Shown here one piece after another: positions 16,502 through 26,090 of a DNA stretch of 32,000 nt (positions are counted from its first letter, which is position 1; each line of letters begins with the position of its first letter). A model generated the notes under the pieces. That model made no database searches. It saw only the letters and a program-made list of their open reading frames with translations, and was not told where the DNA came from. Origin of the DNA: Acholeplasma laidlawii PG-8A (GTDB lineage: Bacteria > Bacillota_I > Bacilli_A > Acholeplasmatales > Acholeplasmataceae). The position numbers and the translations under genes were made by a program. The stretch is from positions 660,001-692,000 of the forward strand of contig NC_010163.1 in NCBI RefSeq assembly GCF_000018785.1. The letters are read 5' to 3'.

Positions 16502-16617
16502 AGGTTTAAACGTATAACGGCGTTAACGTTTTTAAAGTGCTAGTTTTTTAAAACTAGAATTTAGGTGGTACCACGGTTTTTTAATCGTCCTTTAGATAAT
16601 ATCTAGAGGACTTTTTT
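16502..16617 (+). promoter_or_regulatory. Second, partial T-box unit: a duplicated 3' half with a T-box sequence and an intact terminator but no recognisable Stem I
   Basis: AGGTTTAAACGTAT..GGCGTTAACG...AGTGCTAG...CTAGAA..TAGGTGGTACC occurs twice, 142 bp apart (16360 and 16502). The second T-box sequence is AGGTGGTACCACGG (16563-16576). The terminator is GTCCTTTAGAT (16587-16597) / ATCTAGAGGAC (16601-16611) plus T6 (16612-16617). Confidence 0.7.
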
Positions 16618-16647
16618 ATTTATTTTAGTCAAAAGGAGAAGAAGAAA

Positions 16648-17457
16648 ATGATTAAAAAAATGTTATCAATGTTTATGGTGATGGGTGTTATAACGCTCAT
16701 AGTTGGATGTGATATGGGAAGTTCAAATACATTCACATTTATTATTGATGAATCTTATGATGAATATATTACAATGGGAACATCTGCAGACTATGCACCA
16801 TATGAATGGTTAGTAAAAGATGAAAATAATAACCAAACAGTTGTTGGTATTGATATTGAAATTGCTAAAGTTATCGCTAAACATGCTGGTAAAAACTTAA
16901 AAGTAATTCATAAAGGATTTGATTTTTTACTAGAAGACTTAGCAGATGGTCGTGTTGACTTTGTCATCTCAGCAATGACACCAACACCTGAACGTGCAGA
17001 AATTGTAGATTTTTCAACTGTCTATTACATGGCCACACAAGTCGTATTAATTGAAACTAAAAATATGGATGTATATACTTCAGTAGCGTCTATGAACCTT
17101 TCTAATATTAGAATAGGCGCACAGTTAGGTTCTATCCAACAAGATTATGCAAATGATCTATTTGATGCACCTCAAAAACAATTTATTCAAGCAGTACCTG
17201 ACTTAGTGTTAGGGTTAACAAGCGGTCAATTAGCTGGTGTAATTATGGAAAAACCAGTTGCTGAAGGTTATATCAATAATATGACGAGTCTTTCTATTGC
17301 AAACTTTACACTAGGTAATCCAGAAGATGGATCTGCTGTTGCTGTAAGAAAGGGAAATAAAGCACTACTAGAACTTATCAATGATACAATTCAAATACTC
17401 CAAGAATCAGGTCAAATCGAGCAGTTTGTTAAAGATAGTGTTTTATTAAATAGTTAA
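16648..17457 (+). CDS. Polar amino acid ABC transporter substrate-binding lipoprotein (family 3 SBP)
   Basis: Signal peptide with lipobox LIVGC. Contains SADYAPYEW, GIDIEIAK..., DFVISAMTPTPER and VDFS, typical of His/Arg/Gln/cystine-type binding proteins. SD AAAGGAG is present. Confidence 0.85.
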   Translation: MIKKMLSMFMVMGVITLIVGCDMGSSNTFTFIIDESYDEYITMGTSADYAPYEWLVKDENNNQTVVGIDIEIAKVIAKHAGKNLKVIHKGFDFLLEDLADGRVDFVISAMTPTPERAEIVDFSTVYYMATQVVLIETKNMDVYTSVASMNLSNIRIGAQLGSIQQDYANDLFDAPQKQFIQAVPDLVLGLTSGQLAGVIMEKPVAEGYINNMTSLSIANFTLGNPEDGSAVAVRKGNKALLELINDTIQILQESGQIEQFVKDSVLLNS

Positions 17458-17458
17458 T

Positions 17459-18136
17459 ATGGATTTTTCATTCTTACTAGATTTATTCTATGTAAAAACA
17501 TTGCTACAAGGTGTGCTAATCACAATAGTTCTTGCACTCATTGCAGTCTTAATGGGTACCCTCATTGCAGTGATACCAACCTATTTTAGATTATCAAAAC
17601 ACAAAATACTAAACTTTATTGGTGGAAGTTATGTGGAAATTATTCGTGGAACACCATTACTTGTTCAAGTGATGCTTATCTATGCAATTGTTAAACTACC
17701 AGTAATGACCGTATTAGGCATGGATTTTGGTGCATTTTTACTAGGGATGGTAGCACTTATTATTAATAGTAGTGCTTATGCATCTGAAACTTTTAGAGCG
17801 GGTATATTATCTATTGAAAAGGGTCAAAAAGAAGCTGGGCTTAGCTTAGGTATGACAGAAAAAAGCACCATGCTTCACATCATTATGCCTCAAGCTATAA
17901 AAAATATTATGCCATCTTTAGGTAATGAATTTGTAACGTTGATTAAAGAAACATCCATATTTATGTATTTAGGTATTTCTGAACTTATGTATAGTGCACA
18001 AATTGTTAAAACATCAACTTATAGAACTAAAGAAGTGTATATTGTTACAGCATTACTTTACTTTGTTTTGACATTTACTACATCTAAACTCATGTCAAAA
18101 TTAGAAAAAAGGATGAGAAAACAAGATGAAAAATAA
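17459..18136 (+). CDS. Polar amino acid ABC transporter permease (HisM/GlnP/ArtQ type)
   Basis: Five-TM permease with the EAA-type loop (ETFRAGILSIEKGQKEAGLSLGMT) and GTPLLVQ. It starts 1 nt after the SBP stop. Confidence 0.85.
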   Translation: MDFSFLLDLFYVKTLLQGVLITIVLALIAVLMGTLIAVIPTYFRLSKHKILNFIGGSYVEIIRGTPLLVQVMLIYAIVKLPVMTVLGMDFGAFLLGMVALIINSSAYASETFRAGILSIEKGQKEAGLSLGMTEKSTMLHIIMPQAIKNIMPSLGNEFVTLIKETSIFMYLGISELMYSAQIVKTSTYRTKEVYIVTALLYFVLTFTTSKLMSKLEKRMRKQDEK

Positions 18137-18875
18137 ACTATTTGAAATTAAAAACCTAAATAAAAAATTCAATGATGGTACACTTGCATTAAATCAAGTG
18201 AACTTAGATATTTATGAAGGTATTACAATCATTATTGGTCCATCTGGTAGTGGTAAGTCCACTTTACTTAGAACTTTGAATTTGATGGAAACACCAACTT
18301 CAGGTGAAATTAATTATAAAAATAAAAATATACTCAGTAAACATTTTAATATCAATGAACATCGTAAAGAAGTGGGTATGGTGTTTCAATCGTTTAACTT
18401 GTTTCCACATTTAACAGTTTTAGAAAACTTAAATATTGCTCAAAAAAATGTACTTAAACTTGATAAGGTAACTGCAACCAATAAATCTATATTTTATCTC
18501 GAAAAAGTGGGTTTACTAGATAAGAAAGATCAATATCCTGGAAAGTTAAGTGGTGGTCAAAAACAAAGAATTGCTATAGCAAGATCTCTTTGTATGGAAC
18601 CCAAAGTCATTTTATTTGATGAACCAACATCAGCGCTTGATCCAGAAATGATTGGAGAAGTGTTACTAACGATGAAAATTTTAGTGAAACTAGGTATGCA
18701 CATGGTTATTGTTACACATGAAATGGGCTTTGCTGAAAGTATTGCAGACCAAGTAGTATTTATGGATCAGGGTGAAATTATTGAAGTAGGTACGCCAAAT
18801 GATATCTTTACTAATTCCAGTAAAAAACGTGTTATTGAATTTTTAGATAAACTAACCTTTAAAGACAATATCTAA
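18126..18875 (+). CDS. Polar amino acid ABC transporter ATP-binding protein (GlnQ/ArtP type)
   Basis: Walker A GPSGSGKST, signature LSGGQKQRIAIARS, Walker B ILFDEPTSALDPE, and H-loop VTHEMGFA. It overlaps the permease gene by 11 nt. Confidence 0.9.
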   Translation: MKNKLFEIKNLNKKFNDGTLALNQVNLDIYEGITIIIGPSGSGKSTLLRTLNLMETPTSGEINYKNKNILSKHFNINEHRKEVGMVFQSFNLFPHLTVLENLNIAQKNVLKLDKVTATNKSIFYLEKVGLLDKKDQYPGKLSGGQKQRIAIARSLCMEPKVILFDEPTSALDPEMIGEVLLTMKILVKLGMHMVIVTHEMGFAESIADQVVFMDQGEIIEVGTPNDIFTNSSKKRVIEFLDKLTFKDNI

Positions 18876-18969
18876 TTTAAGTAAAAAATACACAATTTAA
18901 ATTCTAATTATAGGTTTACTTGTAATAATATTTACTTTTCGTATAATTGTATTGAAGAGGAAGTATACA

Positions 18970-19611
18970 ATGGAAAAACACATAAAAACACTATTAAGTG
19001 CCATGATGGCTGGTGCACTCATTGCCATAGCAGGTACAACTTATTTATATTTAAAAGCAGACCATACAATCATCGGTGCATTCTTATTTGCATTTGGATT
19101 ACTCTGTGTCGTTACACTAGATTACAAGTTATATACAGGTCGTATTGGTTATATTATCGATAAGGAAAAATCTTATATCATCGAGATATTATGGATTATA
19201 CTTGGTAATCTATTAGGTTCAATCTTAATAGCAAGTATTATTTACTTAGCTAATTATGAAGTCATTATTCAAACAGCTAAAACACTCGTTGAAACTAAGT
19301 TATCTAGAAATATATTGGAGATATTTGGTCTATCTATAATGTGCGGTATGATGATGTACTTAGGTGTTGATGGTTATAAGCGCATCGAAAATCACGTTGC
19401 TAAAGTCGTAGTTAACATCTTTGCAGTAGCAATATTTGTGATTTTAGGATTTGAACACTCAATCGCAAACATTTATTACTTTTTACTAGCTAATGAATAT
19501 AGTTGGTATATGCTCTTTGCATTTGTAGTGATGCTTATAGGTAATGGTGTTGGTGCAGTTATTTTAAATAGTATAGAAAAATTTGGATCACTAAAGAAGC
19601 CTAATCAATAG
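18970..19611 (+). CDS. Formate/nitrite transporter (FNT) family channel-like protein (short form)
   Basis: Six-TM protein with the FNT signature FEHSIANIYYF. I placed the start at ATG 18970, 6 nt after AGAGGAAG. The ORF track uses TTG 18952. Confidence 0.7.
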   Translation: MEKHIKTLLSAMMAGALIAIAGTTYLYLKADHTIIGAFLFAFGLLCVVTLDYKLYTGRIGYIIDKEKSYIIEILWIILGNLLGSILIASIIYLANYEVIIQTAKTLVETKLSRNILEIFGLSIMCGMMMYLGVDGYKRIENHVAKVVVNIFAVAIFVILGFEHSIANIYYFLLANEYSWYMLFAFVVMLIGNGVGAVILNSIEKFGSLKKPNQ

Positions 19612-19627
19612 ATTAAGCTTCTTTTTT
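19593..19627 (+). terminator. Candidate intrinsic terminator overlapping the FNT gene's 3' end
   Basis: AAAGAAGC (19593-19600), 16-nt loop, GCTTCTTT (19617-19624), with the T-run continuing to 19627. Confidence 0.45.
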
Positions 19628-19654
19628 TGGTAAAATATCACTATAGAAGGTGAT

Positions 19655-20476
19655 ATGATGAAAAATGGTGTTGTAGTAATTACAGGTGCTAGCTCTGGTA
19701 TAGGGAAAAGCACTGCTGAGTATTTAAGTAAAAAAGGATTTACAGTATATGCACTAGCAAGACGTATGGACAAGTTAGAGGATCTTATACCGCTAGGTAT
19801 TAAACCTCTATTTTTAGATGTTACAAATGAGACGTCAATTAAGGTAGCTATTGAAGAAATATATGAAGCTGAAGGCAGAATTGATGTTTTATTTAATAAT
19901 GCTGGATACGGCTTATATGGACCGATTGAAGATGTAGACTTAAAAGATGCAAGAGATCAATTTGAAGTCAATTTATTTGGTCTAGCTAATATGATCAAAC
20001 ACGTATTACCCATCATGAGAAAACAAGGTAGTGGGAAAATAATTAATACATCCAGTATCGGTGGTAAAGTGGCTTCACTACTTGGTGGGTGGTATCATGC
20101 TTCTAAGTTTGCATTAGAAGGCTTTTCTGATAGTTTAAGAATTGAATTAAAGCAGTTTGGTATCCAGGTTGTCTTAATACAACCAGGACTTATTAAAACA
20201 GAATTTATGCAAAGAACTTATGACTATGCAAGTAAAATTGATACAACCTCACCTTATCAAAACACCATTGCTCATGTCATGAAATCAGCCGAAAGAGACT
20301 ACTTAACAGGTAAGGTGGGTTCTAATCCACTTGTTGTAGCTAAAGTCGTCTACAAGGCGATTAGAGCCAAAAGACCTAAGACTAGATACCGTATGGGAAC
20401 ACTAAGCTTTATCGCATTAACAGCAAGAAAGATATTGCCTGATAAATGGTTAGATTATATCTTATTAAAAAGATAG
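19655..20476 (+). CDS. Short-chain dehydrogenase/reductase (SDR) family oxidoreductase
   Basis: Cofactor motif [13 protein letters not shown], and the catalytic S...YHASK. Confidence 0.9.
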   Translation: MMKNGVVVITGASSGIGKSTAEYLSKKGFTVYALARRMDKLEDLIPLGIKPLFLDVTNETSIKVAIEEIYEAEGRIDVLFNNAGYGLYGPIEDVDLKDARDQFEVNLFGLANMIKHVLPIMRKQGSGKIINTSSIGGKVASLLGGWYHASKFALEGFSDSLRIELKQFGIQVVLIQPGLIKTEFMQRTYDYASKIDTTSPYQNTIAHVMKSAERDYLTGKVGSNPLVVAKVVYKAIRAKRPKTRYRMGTLSFIALTARKILPDKWLDYILLKR

Positions 20477-20486
20477 GAGATATGAA

Positions 20487-20900
20487 ATGAAAAAGTTAAC
20501 GCCAATACAAAAAAAAGTAGCACTGGAAAATGGTACAGAACCACCATTTGATAATGCATACTGGAATAATTTTGATGAAGGTATTTATGTAGATGTCATG
20601 GACGGTACACCACTTTTTACATCACTTGATAAATTTGATGCAATGTGTGGTTGGCCATCATTTACTAAACCAATTGATAATAAAATAGTGATTGAAAAAA
20701 TAGATATGTCTTACGGTATGTTTAGAACGGAAGTAAGAACTAAAAATTCCAATATACATTTAGGTCATGTCTTTGATGATGGACCAGAAGATGAAGGTGG
20801 TCTAAGATATTGTATGAACTCAGCAAGTATGAGATTTATTCCTTTAGAAGACTTAGAAAAAGAAGGATATGGACAGTATAAATCACTGTTTGACAAATAA
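20487..20900 (+). CDS. msrB: Peptide-methionine (R)-S-oxide reductase MsrB
   Basis: [15 protein letters not shown] and the catalytic RYCMNS motifs in a 137-aa protein. SD AGGAG lies 7 nt upstream. Confidence 0.95.
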   Translation: MKKLTPIQKKVALENGTEPPFDNAYWNNFDEGIYVDVMDGTPLFTSLDKFDAMCGWPSFTKPIDNKIVIEKIDMSYGMFRTEVRTKNSNIHLGHVFDDGPEDEGGLRYCMNSASMRFIPLEDLEKEGYGQYKSLFDK

Positions 20901-20907
20901 TGAAATA

Positions 20908-20940
20908 AAAGGTGATGCATTTTATTAATGCATCACCTTT
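20908..20940. terminator. Bidirectional terminator between convergent msrB and malQ
   Basis: AAAGGTGATGCAT (20908-20920), loop TTTATTA, ATGCATCACCTTT (20928-20940). It is flanked by A-rich sequence on the left and T-rich sequence on the right. Confidence 0.8.
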
Positions 20941-20943
20941 TCG

Positions 20944-22428
20944 TTACTTAGATTTATGAAATGGATTTGTACGTCCGTATAATTTAGTAAAACGTTTAAT
21001 TTTTATACGCGTCATACGATCAATTTGACCTGCTTTTAGGCGCCATACCCAGTTACCACCTAAAGTGGATGGGATATTGAATCTAGCTTCACTACCAAGA
21101 TTTAAATAGTCTTGCATCGGGATGATTGCAGTATCTGCAACTGTTGCAAGTGTTGCTTTGATGAGTGAATCTGTTTTAGATCCTTTAACGTGATTAATAT
21201 ATTCTAATGCATATTTTAAATCGCTTGATTTTAGATTCTTAAACCATTGAGTAGTAGTTTCGTTGTCATGAGTACCTGTATATGCAACAACATTATTGTG
21301 ATAAAGGTGTGGAATATAATCTGATTCTTCTCTAGAATCAAAAGCAAACTGAAGTAATTTCATACCAGGAAAACCCGTATGTTTAAGCAGTGCTCTTACC
21401 TTATCAGTAATCATACCTAAATCTTCAGCAATGATTTGTCTATCGCCTAGTTGACGTTTGATAGATTCAAACAATTTATAACTAGGACCTTCAAACCATT
21501 TACCACGCTCAGCGGTTGTATCACCATATGGAATACCAAAGTAATGAACAAACCCGATAAAGTGATCAATTCTTAAAACGTCAAACATGGAAGTGTTGGA
21601 TTTAACACGGTCAATCCACCAAGCAAAATCTTCGCCTTCTAAAATATCCCAACGATATAATGGATTACCCCATAATTGGCCAGTTGGACTGAAATTATCA
21701 CCAGGTACACCCGCTACAAGTGTAGGTAGTTTATTCTCATCTAATTGGAAGTATTGAGGTTTAGTCCATACATCAGAAGAGTCATAGGATACATAAATTG
21801 GCATATCACCAATAATTTGAATACCTTTTTCATTCGCATAATGTTTTAAATTGTACCATTGTTTATAAGCTTCATATTGTAAGAATGAGTGGAAATTAAT
21901 AGCATCTTTAAAATCGTGTCTTGCTTGATTTATTGCATGTTCTTCACGTTTTCTTAAAGCCTCTGGCCACTCTGCCCAGCTTACACTATGTTGACTTTCT
22001 TTAATGGCCATAAAGAGCGCATAATCATTTAACCAGTAACCTTCATTTCTTAAAAACTCTTGGAAATATGTACTATTTAAGTCGAAACGGTCAAAAGCAA
22101 TTCTTAATACTTTAAAACGTTCATGATATAAGCGTTCATAGTCAACTTCGGCTTCTAAAGATTGAGAATCTAAGATTTCGGATTTTTTTAATAGTTTATC
22201 TTTCACTAAAAAATCTAGGTCTATAAAGTATGGGTTCATAGCAAACGCACTAAACGTTTGGTATGGTGAATCACCATAGGAAGTAGGTCCTAACGGAAGT
22301 ATTTGCCAGTAGGACTGTTCAGTAGATTCTAAAAAATCTACAAAATTATAAGCCTCTTTACCGAAAGTACCGATACCGTAGTTGGATGGTAATGATGATA
22401 TGTGTAATAAAATACCAGCTTTTCTCAT
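20944..22428 (-). CDS. malQ: 4-alpha-glucanotransferase (amylomaltase, GH77)
   Basis: N-terminus RKAGILLHISSLPSNYGIGTFG, then SPYQTFSAF, RIDHFIGF, GDMPIYV, IAEDLG and YTGTHDN, which are characteristic of MalQ. Confidence 0.95.
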   Translation of the reverse strand: MRKAGILLHISSLPSNYGIGTFGKEAYNFVDFLESTEQSYWQILPLGPTSYGDSPYQTFSAFAMNPYFIDLDFLVKDKLLKKSEILDSQSLEAEVDYERLYHERFKVLRIAFDRFDLNSTYFQEFLRNEGYWLNDYALFMAIKESQHSVSWAEWPEALRKREEHAINQARHDFKDAINFHSFLQYEAYKQWYNLKHYANEKGIQIIGDMPIYVSYDSSDVWTKPQYFQLDENKLPTLVAGVPGDNFSPTGQLWGNPLYRWDILEGEDFAWWIDRVKSNTSMFDVLRIDHFIGFVHYFGIPYGDTTAERGKWFEGPSYKLFESIKRQLGDRQIIAEDLGMITDKVRALLKHTGFPGMKLLQFAFDSREESDYIPHLYHNNVVAYTGTHDNETTTQWFKNLKSSDLKYALEYINHVKGSKTDSLIKATLATVADTAIIPMQDYLNLGSEARFNIPSTLGGNWVWRLKAGQIDRMTRIKIKRFTKLYGRTNPFHKSK

Positions 22429-22430
22429 AT

Positions 22431-24116
22431 TTACTCCTTTATCCTGTATGAGATTGTTTCATAAGGTCTTAATTTTAGATTGTTATTTTCATAAGATATA
22501 TCTTCATAGTTGTGAATTAATATATCACCAACAGGATAATTAGTTATATCCATGATTGTTTCAGATGTACTAAATGAACCGATAACGATGATTGTTTCCT
22601 CTTGATACTTTCTTAAGTAAACAAATAGATTTGGATCATCTTTAAGTATCATTTCATATGTACCGTTAATAAGTGTTTTTGAGTATTTAGAGAATCTTCT
22701 TAAACTGAATAGTTTTTGATAGTGACTCCAAATAGAAGTAGGATCATTCACTTGATCAAAGACATTAATTTCAGTGTAATTTGGATTGACATGAAACCAA
22801 GGTTTGACTGTTGAAAATCCTGCATACTCTGTATGCTGCCATTGCATCATGGTACGAGGGTGGTCTCTTGAAGTCATGAGTGCCTTTTCAATGATTTGAT
22901 GAGCACGTTCTGGTTCCATAGCTATTTGGTTTTTTACACTGTTTAAGGTTGAAATGTCATTAATTTCTGATAAGTCCTTAAATGGATAATTGGTCATACC
23001 AATTTCTTCACCTTGATAAATAAATGGCGTACCTCTTGATAAGTACATAATACTTGCAAGCATTTTAGCAGACTCATTATGATAATCTACATGGCCATAA
23101 TGGGAGACAACACGTGGTTGGTCATGGTTTAACCAATTTAGTGGTAGCCAACCAATGTCTTTGAAGGTTTCTTGCCATTTATTAAGTGTTTCTTTAAGGG
23201 GTATGACATTGACCTTGATGTCTTTTAAATCGGTGATATCCCATATATTGTTGTGCCAATTGTGGTCGAAGTTAAATACCATAGATACTTCATTTGAATT
23301 AAATGATGCATACTTAATTGCTTCATCTATACTTGCTTGGCCACCAACTTCACCAATTGTAAAAGCATCGTAAGGTTTAAATAAACCTTCATGAAGTTGA
23401 TTTAAGTATTTGTGGTTATCAGGTAAATTAGAGAATTTAAACCAGTCAAGGACAGTATCTTTAGCAAATGTAGAATCAACAAAATCTTCACGAGCAAGAT
23501 GTGATACTGCATCTAATCTAAAACCATCTATTCCTAAGTCTAACCACCATTTACCAACTTCAATCATACTTTGAGCAACATTTGGATTCTTCCAGTTTAA
23601 ATCTGGCATCTTATCAGAAAATATTTTCATGTAGTACTCATTAGTGGTTTCATCATACTTCCATGCAGAGCCACCAAAGAAGGAACCCCAATTGGTTGGA
23701 GGTAATATTTTTCCATCCACCACTTTAGGTTTTTGCCAAATGTAGTAATCTCTATATGGGTTATCTAGTGACTTTTTAGATTCCATAAACCATGCATGTT
23801 CATCAGATGTATGATTTAAGACGAAGTCTAAGATAACTTTAATACCTAGATTTTTAGCCTTTTTTAGTAATGCTTTAAAATCTTCTAGAGAACCGTATTC
23901 TTTAGATACTTTAAAGTAGTCTCTAACGTCATAACCATTATCATCCATTGGCGAATCATAAAATGGTGTAATCCAAACTAAATTTACACCAAGTAAATGT
24001 AGATAATCTAACTTTTCTGTAATACCGTTTAAATCACCAATACCATCATGATTGCTGTCTTTAAAACTTTTTATATATATTTGGTAGCCTACGGCTTCCA
24101 TCCACCATTTATTCAT
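22431..24116 (-). CDS. GH13 alpha-glucosidase / oligo-1,6-glucosidase-type enzyme
   Basis: WWMEAVGYQIYIKSF...DGIGDLNGI, the GH13 regions DFVLNHTS, GFRLDAVSH, GEV and FNFDHN/NHDQPR. I placed the start at ATG 24116, 8 nt after AAGGA. The ORF track start is 24137. Confidence 0.9.
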   Translation of the reverse strand: MNKWWMEAVGYQIYIKSFKDSNHDGIGDLNGITEKLDYLHLLGVNLVWITPFYDSPMDDNGYDVRDYFKVSKEYGSLEDFKALLKKAKNLGIKVILDFVLNHTSDEHAWFMESKKSLDNPYRDYYIWQKPKVVDGKILPPTNWGSFFGGSAWKYDETTNEYYMKIFSDKMPDLNWKNPNVAQSMIEVGKWWLDLGIDGFRLDAVSHLAREDFVDSTFAKDTVLDWFKFSNLPDNHKYLNQLHEGLFKPYDAFTIGEVGGQASIDEAIKYASFNSNEVSMVFNFDHNWHNNIWDITDLKDIKVNVIPLKETLNKWQETFKDIGWLPLNWLNHDQPRVVSHYGHVDYHNESAKMLASIMYLSRGTPFIYQGEEIGMTNYPFKDLSEINDISTLNSVKNQIAMEPERAHQIIEKALMTSRDHPRTMMQWQHTEYAGFSTVKPWFHVNPNYTEINVFDQVNDPTSIWSHYQKLFSLRRFSKYSKTLINGTYEMILKDDPNLFVYLRKYQEETIIVIGSFSTSETIMDITNYPVGDILIHNYEDISYENNNLKLRPYETISYRIKE

Positions 24117-24172
24117 AAAATAAACCGTCCTTAACATTATTATTTTACCAAAATAACTTCTATACTAAAACA

Positions 24173-24186
24173 TGATAGCGGTTACA
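24173..24186. promoter_or_regulatory. cre-like / LacI-family operator in the divergent promoter region
   Basis: The minus strand reads TGTAACCGCTATCA. This fits the cre consensus TGWAANCGNTNWCA at every constrained position. It lies just upstream of the -35 of the 24241 gene. Confidence 0.55.
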
Positions 24187-24189
24187 TAT

Positions 24190-24218
24190 TTATCAATCAA
24201 ATGACTAAATGATATAAT
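24190..24218 (+). promoter_or_regulatory. Promoter candidate (extended -10) for the neopullulanase-type gene
   Basis: -35 TTATCA (24190-24195), 17-nt spacer, TG-n-TATAAT (TG 24210-24211; TATAAT 24213-24218). Confidence 0.5.
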
Positions 24219-24240
24219 GAAATTCAAGGAGTGATATACC

Positions 24241-26043
24241 ATGAATAAACACGCATTATTTCATCAAGCAAAAAGTGAATACAGTTATGCTTATGATGAT
24301 AAAAAACTTCATATATTATTTAGAACCATGAAAGATGATGTCCAATCTGTAAAACTGTCATATGGTGATCCATTTGATTGGACTTATAAAAATAGAAAAG
24401 CTCGTTGGGAGAGCCAATTAGTCGAGATGACTAAAAGATATTCTACCCATCTTTTTGATTATTACTTCATTGAGGTTGAACCAAAGGATTATCGCTGCAA
24501 GTATGCTTTTTTAATCGAAGCAGATGATAAACATTATTTTTATGGTTCAAAGCGTATGGAAGAACTAGAAGGTCTACCACCTACGGATTTTGATGAAGGT
24601 AGTTTTTATGATTTAAGTAATTATTTTAACTATCCATATTTAAACTATGAAGATCAAGCCAATACACCAAAATGGGTAAAAGATACTGTATGGTATCAAA
24701 TATTTATGGATAGATTTTATAGTCATAGTAAGAAATCTAATTTACCCTGGGCAAAACTTCCTGTAAATAACCATGAATTCTATGGCGGTGATATTAAAGG
24801 TGTTATAGACAAACTACCATATTTAAAGGATTTAGGTATATCTGGTATATATTTTACTCCGATTTTTGAATCTCGTACAGCACATAAATATGATACTAAA
24901 GATTATTTTAAAATTGATCCACAATTTGGGACAAATGAAGACTTTAGATTATTAGTCCAAGAAGCGCATAAATTAGGCATTAAAGTAGTGCTTGATGCTG
25001 TCTTAAACCACTGTGGTTGGGATCATCCGTTCTTTCAAGATGTTGTAAAATATGGTAGAAACTCTAAATATGCGGATTGTTTCTTTTTAGATAAAGATCC
25101 AATTCTAAATTTTGAACTTACTGAAGATGGTAGTCCTAAAGGACACGGTAATTTAAGACCAAATTTTAGAACGTTTGCTTATACACCATTTATGCCAAAA
25201 TGGAATACAGGTAATGAGTTAGCTCAGAAACATTTACTTGATTCAATTGAGTTTTGGATTAAAGAATTTGACATTGATGGCTGGAGACTGGATGTGTCTA
25301 ACGAAGTTAGTCATGACTTCTTAAGAAAAGTTAAACAGGTATCCAGAGCTGCTAAAGCAGATACATTCATATTTGGTGAAAACTGGGATTCTTCGATGCC
25401 TTGGTTAAGAGGGGATCAAATGGATGCTGTAATGAACTATGATTTATCCATACCAATGTGGCAATATTTTGATGGAAAAATTGATTCGGAAGAGTTTAAA
25501 AATGAATTAACTCAATATACCGCATTGACTCCAAAACATGTTATGAAAAATATGTTTAATCAATTAGATACACATGATACAATCCGCATGAAAAGACGTT
25601 TGAAAGATAATGATGAACGCTTAAAGATTGCATACATTCTAATGTTTGCCAGTGCCGGTGCACCAAATATCTATTATGGTAGTGAGGTTGGCTTAACTGG
25701 TGAACACGATCCGGATAATAGACGCTGTTTTAATTGGGATGAGTCTACTTGGAATCATAGTTTACATCAATTGATTAAAGACTTAATACAATTAAGAAAA
25801 CAACATCCTGCATTTATGGAAAGTGATTATCAGTTTATTGATAAATCATCCATTTCATTTGTGAAACATCATAAAAATGAAAGTTTACTATTTCTAATTA
25901 ATGATTCCGAAAAATCAGTTAAACTAAACATAGATCCGGCATATCAATTACAATATACGGATGTATTTAGTAAAAAAGCTGTAAATGTACATGCAGAAGT
26001 TGAACTTCCAGCATATGGTTATAAAATACTTAAATTCATTTAA
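24241..26043 (+). CDS. GH13 neopullulanase / cyclomaltodextrinase / maltogenic amylase-type enzyme
   Basis: About 130-aa N-terminal domain followed by the GH13 regions DAVLNHCG, GWRLDVSNEV, GENW and NQLDTHD. No signal peptide is present. SD AAGGAGTG is present. Confidence 0.9.
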   Translation: MNKHALFHQAKSEYSYAYDDKKLHILFRTMKDDVQSVKLSYGDPFDWTYKNRKARWESQLVEMTKRYSTHLFDYYFIEVEPKDYRCKYAFLIEADDKHYFYGSKRMEELEGLPPTDFDEGSFYDLSNYFNYPYLNYEDQANTPKWVKDTVWYQIFMDRFYSHSKKSNLPWAKLPVNNHEFYGGDIKGVIDKLPYLKDLGISGIYFTPIFESRTAHKYDTKDYFKIDPQFGTNEDFRLLVQEAHKLGIKVVLDAVLNHCGWDHPFFQDVVKYGRNSKYADCFFLDKDPILNFELTEDGSPKGHGNLRPNFRTFAYTPFMPKWNTGNELAQKHLLDSIEFWIKEFDIDGWRLDVSNEVSHDFLRKVKQVSRAAKADTFIFGENWDSSMPWLRGDQMDAVMNYDLSIPMWQYFDGKIDSEEFKNELTQYTALTPKHVMKNMFNQLDTHDTIRMKRRLKDNDERLKIAYILMFASAGAPNIYYGSEVGLTGEHDPDNRRCFNWDESTWNHSLHQLIKDLIQLRKQHPAFMESDYQFIDKSSISFVKHHKNESLLFLINDSEKSVKLNIDPAYQLQYTDVFSKKAVNVHAEVELPAYGYKILKFI

Positions 26044-26048
26044 ACGTT

Positions 26049-26085
26049 AAGGTCCCTAAAGAAGAAATCTTTAAGGACCTTTTTT
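26049..26085 (+). terminator. Intrinsic terminator between convergent GH13 genes
   Basis: AAGGTCCCTAAAGA (26049-26062), 5-nt loop, TCTTTAAGGACCTT (26068-26081), one mismatch, then a T-run to 26085. The minus-strand version lacks a U-tract. Confidence 0.75.
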
Positions 26086-26090
26086 AGGTG

